Assembly (NCBI GenBank): GCA_963766075.1
Contig: CAVYAN010000057.1
Location: 1-43,311 of the forward strand
Length of the DNA: 43,311 nucleotides
Direction: 5' to 3'
Origin: an uncultured cyanobacterium
GTDB taxonomy: Bacteria > Cyanobacteriota > Cyanobacteriia > Leptolyngbyales > Leptolyngbyaceae
Positions 28,801 to 37,766 of the stretch are shown one piece after another. Each line of letters opens with the position of its first letter. Within the stretch, counting starts at the first letter, position 1. A model generated the notes under the pieces. The model did not search any database, was not told the origin of the DNA, and saw nothing but the letters and a program-made list of their open reading frames with translations. The translations under genes were made by a program, and so were the position numbers.

Positions 28801-29775
28801 TTAGATCTGGGCCAGATTTGGGTCCGATCCGGGTATGATTTGGCCGGGAAATCCTGACTTTGTTGCGTTTTGTAGCGGAGTCATTGGCTTTTCGACGCTG
28901 GGCGTCAGTGAGATCAAATCCGCCAAGTTGCGCCGCATTGTCGTACAAATCGCGTCCAGAGGTAAATCATTGGCATCTCGGCCAAAGGGATTCTCAATTT
29001 CCACCCCGATCGCCTCAATCCCAAACAGGGTAAAGCTGACCAGAGCGACAATGGGTCCGGTCCACCAGCCCACATTGCCCACCACCTGAAACGGCAACGA
29101 CAGGCAATACAGCAGCAGCAATTGCTTCAGGTGAATGGAGTACGCCACCGGAATCGGCGTCTTCAAAATGCGTTCACACCCCCCCAGGGCATCCACCATG
29201 GCGTTGAGCAACTGCTGCATCTCCATCAGTTGGTGAGATGTTCAGACTTCTGCTGATCGGCCTGCTGCTGCAAATAATCCCCAATCCAAAAGGCAATTTC
29301 CAAGGGTGGATGGTTCATTTCCCGCAGGGTATAGTAATTCTCCGGCGGCAGCAAATCTTCAGTTCCGGCGATCAGTGGGTTCCTGCCGCAAATGCAGCTT
29401 GGTCGCGACACAGAAGGCCACCAACATCCGCATGGCCGCTATTTTCTGGGTCGCGATCGCTGCTGCGGTAACGGCGATCGCAATCCAGATTTGCCGCGCC
29501 AAGTTGCGCACGAATTGATCAACACGCCCCAGCATCTTCCGTCCCTCCCAAAACCGCTCATAGGCGGTATTCGTCCGAAATACCAGCAGCAACCCCAGCA
29601 CAATATTGGGAATGAAACTCACCAAAAACGGCAGTGCCACTGGCACATTCAAAGCAAATAAGCCCGACAACACCACCCCAAACAGCCCACAGAGCAGGGT
29701 GCGGCCCATGACCACAGGCAGCACCGACCCTTTCAGTTGCAGGGCCACCCGAAACCACCGGTTTTTCTCACTCAC
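28801..29775 (-). CDS. Bestrophin family (YneE-like) ion channel, frameshifted
   Basis: [52 protein letters not shown] and [15 protein letters not shown], spread over three ORFs. Confidence 0.9.
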
Positions 29776-30006
29776 TGGCGTACACTCGCTTCCTTACACT
29801 GGCGGCACGACTCGCACCCACGCACCCGGCGCACGCCGACTCCTTGCCGACCCACTCCTGAGGAGCCGACCCATTCCTTCAGCCAGGATAGCACTCCGAT
29901 CCCACACCATTCCCACCGTACCCGTTTCCGGAATTCCCCTGAACTTCCCTGTTGTGATTGGGTAGGCTAAGGTTGAATGGACTAAATTATTCTGGAGGAA
30001 GAAGTA

Positions 30007-32082
30007 GTGCTGCGTCGAATGTCTTTATCCGTGTTAGCGGCCACCGCGATCGCCCTGCCAGGAGCTGCTACGGCTCAGCCTGCTACTCAACCGAGTCAGC
30101 CCCCTTCAACCGTCACACCGAGCGTTACGCCGACCGTCACGCCGGTCGCCACACCGACGCCCGTAGCACCATCGGTCACGACGACACTCACGCCGTCCAT
30201 CACAACGGTGCTCCCCGCAGGCAGTGCTGCTGTCGTGATGATGAATACTGACCCGGCAGCCTGGGGGGAACTCAATCGCTTCAACCCCTACATCAACCAA
30301 TCTGGAGACTTGCCGTTTGGCATTCCCTTTAGCCTGACGATGCTCCTTCAGGATTTTGACTACGCTCGGGATATTCAGTCCTGGCTGGGCGATCACGTCG
30401 GCGTGGCCCTGCTGCCCCTCACGTCGCCCCAGGACACGCTTCTGTCGAATCTGGTGCTGTTGATTCCAACCACGAACGCCGAAAAATCCAACGCCCTGCT
30501 GGAAAAGGCCAAGGAGTTGGCCAAGCCCACTGCCGAGCGCAACTACAAAGGCATCACCATCCTAGAGTGGACCGCCCCGACCCCTGAAGAGGGCGCAACC
30601 CCGGAGCCGGGTGCTCCCATGCCGCAACCTATCCCCCCCGCCAAAACGATTCCCCATAAACCCGGTCATGAAGCGGTCCTGCCCCTAGGCACAGGTAGAA
30701 CCACTCTGATGCCGACGGTCGGTCAGGCCGCTGCCGCTGCCGCTGATCCCACGCCCAGCCCCGGCGACACGGCTCCTGCCGCTGATCCCCCGATCTCACC
30801 CGACGAGAACGGCCCCGTGCCGCCCTTTGCCAACATGGGTAAGCAATTTGCGATCGCCCTGCTGCCGGGTCAAATTGTCCTGGCCGCCGAGCCCATTGCC
30901 TTGGAAAAACTCATCGATGCCCAATCGGAAACCACCACGGGCAACACCCTCGCCCAAACGCCCGCTTTTCAGCGCACCCTCAGCCATCCCCAATTCCAGA
31001 AATCCCTGCTGGTCAGCTATGGCGACTATGGCAACATTCTGAAGCTGATTAACCAAACGGTGCCCATGCTTCCGGATCCCAGCAAACCGGACGCTCCCAA
31101 ACACCCCCTCTTCACCCAGCGCCAACTGGACCTGATCACCCAGCGCTACAGCACCTTTGACGGGCTCACCTGGGTTCGCCCCAACGGCCTCCACTCAGAA
31201 ACAAACGTCTATTTCACCAGCCCCCAACCGCAACGGGCCACAGCGAATCGCCCCGATGCCAATCAAATTTTGACCCGCTTGCCCGCCGCCACCTATGCCG
31301 CAGGCAACAGCCGCAACCTTAAAAAGCAGTGGCAAGAACTTCTAGAATTTTACGAAGGCGATCCCCAAACCCAGGAGGTGCTGAAACGCACCAAGCTGGA
31401 ACTGACCAAAGCCACTGGCCTGGATCTGGAGAAAGATGTGATCGATTGGATGGACGGCGAGTATGCGCTGTTCTTCTATCCCACCCAGGAGGGATTCTTT
31501 AACTACATCGATCCGCGTTTCAATCTGGGCGTCGGGCTGCTGATTCAAACCAGCGATCGCCCCCGTGCCGAAGCCACCCTGCAAAAGCTCGATCAAACCC
31601 TCAAAACCGCCACCGCCAAAACCTCTAGTCCCGCTATGATCGCCAACCGCCCAGTCAAGGGCCAATCTGTCACCAGTTGGGAAGTCAAAGATGGCAAGCG
31701 CCTACTCAGTATTCTTTCCCACAGTTGGATTGCCCCCGACACAGTGCTGATTACCACGGGCATTGGTCCCACGCGGGAACTCACCCCCAAACCCTATTTG
31801 CCCCTGAACCTAAATCCCACCTTTACCGAGGCCACCGATGGCCTGATTAAACCCAACGATGGCTTTACCTACGTCAATATGGGGGCAACCCTTTCCTTTG
31901 TTTACAGCTTGCTGCGATCGTGGGTGCCCATGGATTCCCCCTACGCCCAAGAAACCCAGCGGCTATTGGGCACGATTCGCAGTATGAGCACGACCCAAAC
32001 CACCACTCCTGAAAAAATCCAGGCGGAGTCCCTGTGGGTGCTGGGCACCTACACCCCCAAGCCCCCGGAACAGCAACCCTAA
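30007..32082 (+). CDS. DUF3352 domain exported protein with Pro/Thr-rich linkers
   Basis: Signal peptide, DYARDIQSWLGDHVGVALLP, GLDLEKDVIDWMDGEYALF and LLIQTSDRPRAEATL. Confidence 0.8.
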   Translation: MLRRMSLSVLAATAIALPGAATAQPATQPSQPPSTVTPSVTPTVTPVATPTPVAPSVTTTLTPSITTVLPAGSAAVVMMNTDPAAWGELNRFNPYINQSGDLPFGIPFSLTMLLQDFDYARDIQSWLGDHVGVALLPLTSPQDTLLSNLVLLIPTTNAEKSNALLEKAKELAKPTAERNYKGITILEWTAPTPEEGATPEPGAPMPQPIPPAKTIPHKPGHEAVLPLGTGRTTLMPTVGQAAAAAADPTPSPGDTAPAADPPISPDENGPVPPFANMGKQFAIALLPGQIVLAAEPIALEKLIDAQSETTTGNTLAQTPAFQRTLSHPQFQKSLLVSYGDYGNILKLINQTVPMLPDPSKPDAPKHPLFTQRQLDLITQRYSTFDGLTWVRPNGLHSETNVYFTSPQPQRATANRPDANQILTRLPAATYAAGNSRNLKKQWQELLEFYEGDPQTQEVLKRTKLELTKATGLDLEKDVIDWMDGEYALFFYPTQEGFFNYIDPRFNLGVGLLIQTSDRPRAEATLQKLDQTLKTATAKTSSPAMIANRPVKGQSVTSWEVKDGKRLLSILSHSWIAPDTVLITTGIGPTRELTPKPYLPLNLNPTFTEATDGLIKPNDGFTYVNMGATLSFVYSLLRSWVPMDSPYAQETQRLLGTIRSMSTTQTTTPEKIQAESLWVLGTYTPKPPEQQP

Positions 32083-32098
32083 CGATTCCAAAATCAAA

Positions 32099-32141
32099 CC
32101 CCGGACAGCGCTGGATGCACTACAGCCTGTCCGGGGCTTTT
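32099..32141 (+). terminator. Rho-independent terminator
   Basis: CCCCGGACAG...CTGTCCGGGG stem followed by CTTTT, 16 bp after the stop codon. Confidence 0.75.
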
Positions 32142-32233
32142 GCTAATCGACCAAGGCAGCAGCGGACAAGACCAAAGCTAGAGACGGGCCCAAGCAGGCC
32201 ACAGGCAAACAAATATCGCTATCAAGATTTTTC

Positions 32234-32908
32234 ATGCAATCCAGCCTCCGCAGTGGAACGTTGACAAAATGGCACGATGATCGGGGCTTTGGCTTCATTC
32301 AGCCCGTTGATGGTAGCCCAGAAGTTTTTTTGCATATTTCCGAACTGAAGGATGTCACCCGTCGTCCACAGGCAAACGACACAATTTACTATTACTCTGT
32401 AGTAAACTCAGACGGTAAAGTCCGGGCCATTAACGCCTTTATTCTAGGGGCAAGAAGCAAGTCAGTTACTCCCTCAATGTCTTCTTCAATGCCTTCCTCA
32501 ATATCTTTGGGCAGAGACACAGGCCCCAATGCTAAGTCCAGCGCCAGCTTTCCGATCGCCGAGGTAATCCTGCTATCAATTTTGCCTTTGTTTGGGGCTA
32601 TGCATTTTACTTGGATGACGCGCAATCCCCTGCCGCTAATCCTTTATCCCACCATGAGCATAGTGACTTATGCACACTATGCGGATGATAAGTCTCGTGC
32701 AAAACGCAAGGTCTGGCGAATCTCAGAGAAAAGGTTACATCTTTGTGAGCTATTGGGTGGATGGTTGGGCGGCTTCATAGCCCAACGCATCCTTCGCCAT
32801 AAGAGTCAGAAAGCGTCTTATCAGAATATGTTTTGGGCCATTGTTATTTTGCATCACGGCGTGTGGGTGTTTTGGTTATTGCAAAAAAGCCAAATGCTTA
32901 GGTTTTAG
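32234..32908 (+). CDS. Cold-shock domain + DUF1294 membrane protein
   Basis: GTLTKWHDDRGFGFI...VFLHISEL (CSD) and YADDKSRAKRKVWRISEKRLHLCELLGGWLGGFIAQRILRHKSQK (DUF1294). Confidence 0.9.
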   Translation: MQSSLRSGTLTKWHDDRGFGFIQPVDGSPEVFLHISELKDVTRRPQANDTIYYYSVVNSDGKVRAINAFILGARSKSVTPSMSSSMPSSISLGRDTGPNAKSSASFPIAEVILLSILPLFGAMHFTWMTRNPLPLILYPTMSIVTYAHYADDKSRAKRKVWRISEKRLHLCELLGGWLGGFIAQRILRHKSQKASYQNMFWAIVILHHGVWVFWLLQKSQMLRF

Positions 32909-33065
32909 TGCTGATTCGGTCACCGTCAAGTACTGATTTACATTCCCACTCAGGGATTGCAGGGGTTGATCCAAAGTGAGGGGCTACCGCTGAGTGATTT
33001 GCAGGGAAACGGTTTGGGCGATCGCAGGCTGTACCATGGCGATTTATGGCGATTTACTGTGGCCA

Positions 33066-33809
33066 TCACCTGCCCCTGGGATGTCCCCAAGTACTTTCCA
33101 TCAGTTGATAGCCCACGGGATCATACTGCTTCAATTCCGCACGGGTGAATGGATAGAAGTCATTCTGCCCGAAGAAGGCTTCTGACAGTTCCGCAAAGTA
33201 CTCCGTGGCATTCGTTAGAGCATAGGCTTTCTGCTTGCCGCCATGGATGTAAGCAACGGCAGCATAGAGTTTCCGCTCCACCGCATGCTGGTAGGCCGCC
33301 TGGATACCGGGGTGGTACTCGCCGAGGACCGTGTAATGATACGCATGGGAGAGTTCATGCAAAACCATCCACGGTTGGTCAGTCCGGGACCACTGAATGA
33401 AGTTGCGGGTGTTTGACAGCTCGACGTCACCCGCCTTTTCGGGATTGTAACCATTCTGTGCAAGCCAGACCGCAGAAGGATGGAAGGCGGCGGCTCCACG
33501 CGGTTGTTTTTCCCATTCAACCCAGATGCGCACTCTTTTTAGGGCGGACAGCGGGTTGGCAGGCACCACACGGGCAATCTTGGCCAGTTGCGAACGCAAT
33601 TCTTTGCGCATCTCCTGGGCATCTTGCTTGTGCTTCAAGACCTGGGGATTGATCAGCACCGTGAACCCTTGGCATGATTCCTGCTTGTAGGTTGCAGTCG
33701 GGTCATACGGTCGTTCCTGGGCCAGGGTCTGGCCTGCGGTCACCGCGATACCCATGACGATCAGCGCGCACTGAATTCTCATAGCAAGGGCCTCTGCGAT
33801 TAGACGCAT
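33066..33809 (-). CDS. Secreted zinc-dependent metallopeptidase (HExxH; lethal-factor/M90-like)
   Basis: WMVLHELSHAYH, YALTNATEYFAELSEAFFGQNDFYPF and LKQYDP; signal-like N-terminus. Starts 1 bp after the SDR stop. Confidence 0.8.
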   Translation of the reverse strand: MRLIAEALAMRIQCALIVMGIAVTAGQTLAQERPYDPTATYKQESCQGFTVLINPQVLKHKQDAQEMRKELRSQLAKIARVVPANPLSALKRVRIWVEWEKQPRGAAAFHPSAVWLAQNGYNPEKAGDVELSNTRNFIQWSRTDQPWMVLHELSHAYHYTVLGEYHPGIQAAYQHAVERKLYAAVAYIHGGKQKAYALTNATEYFAELSEAFFGQNDFYPFTRAELKQYDPVGYQLMESTWGHPRGR

Positions 33810-33810
33810 T

Positions 33811-34575
33811 CTATTGCGCTGTCATCCCCCCATCGGCGGTGATAATGGAACCCGTCATAAAAGAGGCCTCATCGGAAGCGAGAAAGAGGGCAAGATGGGC
33901 AATCTCGCGGGGTTCGCCGGGGCGACCAATGGGCTGAAACGAGTCGATACTGGCATAAACCTTATCCAGTCCGCCCAGCATTTCAGCATGGGCATAGTTG
34001 ATGGGAGTATCCACCCACCCCGGACAAATCGCATTACAGCGGATCTTTTGCTTAGCATAGTCCAGAGCCACGCCTTTGGTAAGCATCACCACCGCCCCCT
34101 TGGACGCGGAGTACACGGCTAAAAATGGCTCTGACACCAATCCATTGACGCTGGAAATATTGACAATTGAACCGCCACCCTGACGCAGCATATGGGGAAT
34201 CGCCGCCCGACAGCCGTAGATGGCCCCTTTAACGTTGACATTTAAGGTCTTGTCAATCACTGCATCCGAGACTTCATGCAAGACACCGGGAATATTGACG
34301 CCAGCATTGTTGACCAAAACGTCAATGGCTCCGTATAGTTCCACACAACGATCCACAAAGGCATTGACCGCTGTAGCACTACTGACATCCCCGACAAAGG
34401 CTTCTGCCACCCCGCCTGCCTGCTGAATTGTAGCCACGGTCTCAGCGATCGCCGTGGCATTAATATCCACACAGACAACCTTGCCGCCCTCTTCCGCCAA
34501 CCGCAGCGCAATCGCCTTCCCAATGCCGGATGCGGCCCCCGTGACAACGCACGCCTTGCCTGTAACTCTTCCCAT
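33811..34575 (-). CDS. Classical short-chain dehydrogenase/reductase
   Basis: TGAASGIG, NNAG, YSASK and NAICPGWVDT. The ATG at 34575 (MGRVTGKAC) is preferred over the track's 34602. Confidence 0.92.
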   Translation of the reverse strand: MGRVTGKACVVTGAASGIGKAIALRLAEEGGKVVCVDINATAIAETVATIQQAGGVAEAFVGDVSSATAVNAFVDRCVELYGAIDVLVNNAGVNIPGVLHEVSDAVIDKTLNVNVKGAIYGCRAAIPHMLRQGGGSIVNISSVNGLVSEPFLAVYSASKGAVVMLTKGVALDYAKQKIRCNAICPGWVDTPINYAHAEMLGGLDKVYASIDSFQPIGRPGEPREIAHLALFLASDEASFMTGSIITADGGMTAQ

Positions 34576-34744
34576 CACCTGTTCTCTTAAAATCGTTTTC
34601 AAATGTGAATCACGTTCAAGTCAACCGCTTTCAAGTCAATTGCTTTCAAATACTATGCTGGGAAAGCAATGACGTGCAAAAGTCAGGAATCAAGAGCCCT
34701 AGGACTCCTGACTCCTGACTTCTAACATTCCACTTCTCCCTAGA

Positions 34745-36332
34745 CTAGTCCACTTCACTCAGAACACGTTCTTCTTCGGCAATTTCGGCCTGTCGCTGTT
34801 GAATCATCACCCCCTGAGGCGGACCTTGAAAGCGCCGTTGCTCGTAGATAAACCAAATGGCAGCCGTCGCCACGAGCGCCCCAAAGGTAACACCGAGGGC
34901 CTTGTCATTGGGGGGTCGGACCCCAATAAAGATCAATAAACCACAGATCAACACACACAGACCTGCCACCAGGGGAAACCATTTGCCAATCGTCCAGGGA
35001 CCCATTTGCGTCCAAGAGCGCCCATAGGCAAACAATCCCAACGCCGATGGAATCACGTAGGAGATGTACAGGAAGATCACACAAACGGCGGTAATGGTGG
35101 AATAAACCGGGGTATAAACCGTGAAGGCGATCGCCATCAATGAAACCGCCCAAATCGCAAACACAGGCGTGCGGTACTTGTGGCTGATGGTGCGCAGCTT
35201 ATGGGAAAGCGGCAACCCGCCATCTCGGGCAAACGCAAACGCCATCCGCGAGGTGGACGTCACGGTGGCCAAACCGCAAAGATACTGCGATACCCCAATC
35301 CCGAAGAACAGCAAAAGCCGCAGGGGCGTGGGCAACACAGTATTCATCAGCCAATAAAACGCATTCGGCCCTTGAGCTGCGGCATCATTCATGTTGGGGA
35401 AGGCCAGAACAACGGCACACAGCATAAACCAGCCAAACACCCCCGACCACAATACCGAATAAACAATCCCTCTGGGCACGCGACGAGCCGCTCCAATGGT
35501 TTCCTCAGAGGTATGGGCAGAGGCATCAAATCCAGTAATGGTATAGGCCGGCAGCATCAATCCCACTAAAAACAGCAAGAACAGATTACTCGTTTCAGGC
35601 CAAACATTGCCCCCAGCCGGACCACTGTAGTTCGTAAACGTCACAAGACGGGACAGATCCAAGCCATTCTTAAACGAAAAGAACAGCAATACCAGCGTCA
35701 ACGCTGTCGATACGCCAAAAATCAAGTACCCACTCAAATCAGTTAGCTTGGAGGTTAAGCGGATGCCGAAATGGTTGAACAAGGCCTGGGAAAGGGTAAT
35801 CACCGCCACCCCAATGGTCTGCACCAGCAGTACTGTACCGGCATCCAGTTTCGTGGGGTCAAACCCGACGAGCGGCCCAAAAGCCCCAACAAAGAACAGG
35901 TAGGTGCCTACGTTGATGGCTGCCAACACCGTAACCAGACCCACCAAATTAAACCAGGCCGTCGAGCCACCCCCAGCCTTTACCCCCCAAAATCGAAGCC
36001 CAGTGATATAAACCACCCGCCGTTGGAAAGGCCGAGGCAATTTGGGCCATTGCCAGGGCCACCAACAGGGACAGGACACAACTGAATGCCCAACCAATCC
36101 CAATCGCAGCACCACCCACGCTACTCAGCCCGAGGTGAAAGGAGTTGATCCCGCCGGAAAGGATACAAATGATCGAAAAAGAAACAGCGAAGTTAGAAAA
36201 CCCACTCATTTGCCGCAGCAGTTCCTGGGCGTAGCCAAGGTTGTGCAGCGTTTTCACATCTTCTCTAATGAGCGATTCTTCTGACTCTGGTAGGGCCGAC
36301 GGCGGCGGATCGGACGACGGGTGGTTTCTCAT
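34745..36332 (-). CDS. APC-superfamily amino acid/amine permease (one +1 indel near 35966)
   Basis: LGYAQELLRQMSGFSNFAVSFSII, SAFPTAGGLYHWAS, GFDASAHTSEET and SRMAFAFARDGGLP, joined across ORFs 35949-36332 and 34745-36115. Confidence 0.9.
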
Positions 36333-36351
36333 GCACTTCTCCTGTAACGAT

Positions 36352-36397
36352 GTCCTGGAACGAGGCAGGTTTAAGTCCTGGAACGAGGCAGGTTTAA
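36352..36397. repeat. Perfect 23-bp tandem duplication in the permease leader
   Basis: GTCCTGGAACGAGGCAGGTTTAA at 36352-36374 and 36375-36397. Confidence 0.95.
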
Positions 36398-36552
36398 AAG
36401 ATTGCTGTAAATTTTAACTTAATGAAGGTGTGATAAAGCTATGACTTAATTAAAAAAAACACAGGAGATTTCAGCGATCTAGCCATAGGGGCACGCGCGA
36501 TCGCTCCTCGCCGGAGAAACGCCGTAGAAATGAACTGCCGACCGATCCGGTT

Positions 36553-37575
36553 TCAGGTGCTGCTGACCTGGGCGATCGCCCCATAGGTTAATCCCAATTG
36601 TTTGAGCCATTTACGATAGGCCAGAGACGCGCGATCGCTGGGCAAATGAAATTCCATCTGGGGATCGAGGGGCAACCGCTTGGGATTGTGGGTTTCCAAA
36701 TTGGCAATATCTTGCCCGATCACCCGATTTTGAAAGGCAATCAAGTCGGCTTCTGATAAATCTGGCGCGTAGTTCAGCGCTCCCCATACCCACCCCAGAC
36801 AGGACTCTTCCGTCACGGGGGTCACGCTAAATAACAACACCATCTGGTTGCCACTCCCCAGGTACTTCCGCAGCGCCACGGTCAGGGGCCGCAGCGTCCA
36901 GTAGTCATAGGTAGCCATGCCACCCTGACCCGTGCCATCTGGATCGGGTTGCCAGAGCTGAATATTTTTCATGGCAATCCCGCAGTCCGTGGGGGTAACT
37001 TGATAATCGGCGATCGCGGCTTGATCGGCACTGCCCAACAGATCACCATGGAGAAACGGCAAATGGGCCACATCCAAAAAATTCTCAATGGCCCGCAGTC
37101 CGCTACAGTGGCAGGCATGACCATAGCTCAGATAGGTGCGAAAGCTGGGATCTTCCCACTCCGAAAACTGGACAATGTCCTGATGGGGAGTGCCTAGGCA
37201 GACAAAAATCACCCCGTAGCGCTCCTGCACCGCAAAGGACTTGACCCGCGACTGCGGCGGCGGCACATAGCCGGGATGCGCTGGTACCTTGACACAGGCC
37301 CCCGTTACGTCATAGGCAAGACCGTGGTAGGGACAAACCAAAGTATTGCCCCGCACGGTGCCTCCAGACAGTTGCACACTGCGGTGTGGACACCGATCCG
37401 GCCATGCCATGACTTGGTGGTCAGCACTACGCCACAGCACCAGATCCGTACCCATCAAGCGCGATCGCTGCACGGTTCCCAAGGGCAAATCCAGCGATCG
37501 CAGGACTGGATGCCAGTCATCAAACAACACAGAATCGAGGGGCTGCGGGTCAAATTCAGTACTACAAGCAGTCAC
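36553..37575 (-). CDS. Rieske non-heme iron oxygenase alpha subunit (VanA/NdmA demethylase-like)
   Basis: Rieske ligands DRCPHR...CPYHG, mononuclear Fe motif ENFLDVAHLPFLH and C-terminal SDRASLAYRKWL; GGAGG RBS before the GTG. Confidence 0.9.
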   Translation of the reverse strand: MTACSTEFDPQPLDSVLFDDWHPVLRSLDLPLGTVQRSRLMGTDLVLWRSADHQVMAWPDRCPHRSVQLSGGTVRGNTLVCPYHGLAYDVTGACVKVPAHPGYVPPPQSRVKSFAVQERYGVIFVCLGTPHQDIVQFSEWEDPSFRTYLSYGHACHCSGLRAIENFLDVAHLPFLHGDLLGSADQAAIADYQVTPTDCGIAMKNIQLWQPDPDGTGQGGMATYDYWTLRPLTVALRKYLGSGNQMVLLFSVTPVTEESCLGWVWGALNYAPDLSEADLIAFQNRVIGQDIANLETHNPKRLPLDPQMEFHLPSDRASLAYRKWLKQLGLTYGAIAQVSST

Positions 37576-37766
37576 AATGCCCTCCGACAGAGATCATGTT
37601 AGGGTGTATGGAGATTTAAGGGTTTTGCCAGCAGCTTAAAAATCAGCTTGAACTCGCGCCAACGCCGCCTTAACAAGGACTTGATCAGCAAAATTAATGC
37701 CATTAGTGATGGCATTTTAGCAACAACCTGGGCCGAGAACGCGGGAGTTTTGTCGCTGCTGCAAAA

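Noticed and set aside
34602..34616. Imperfect palindrome AATGTGAATCACGTT upstream of the SDR as an operator
   Set aside because: Short, single-copy, and embedded in a tandem repeat; it does not match CRP spacing.
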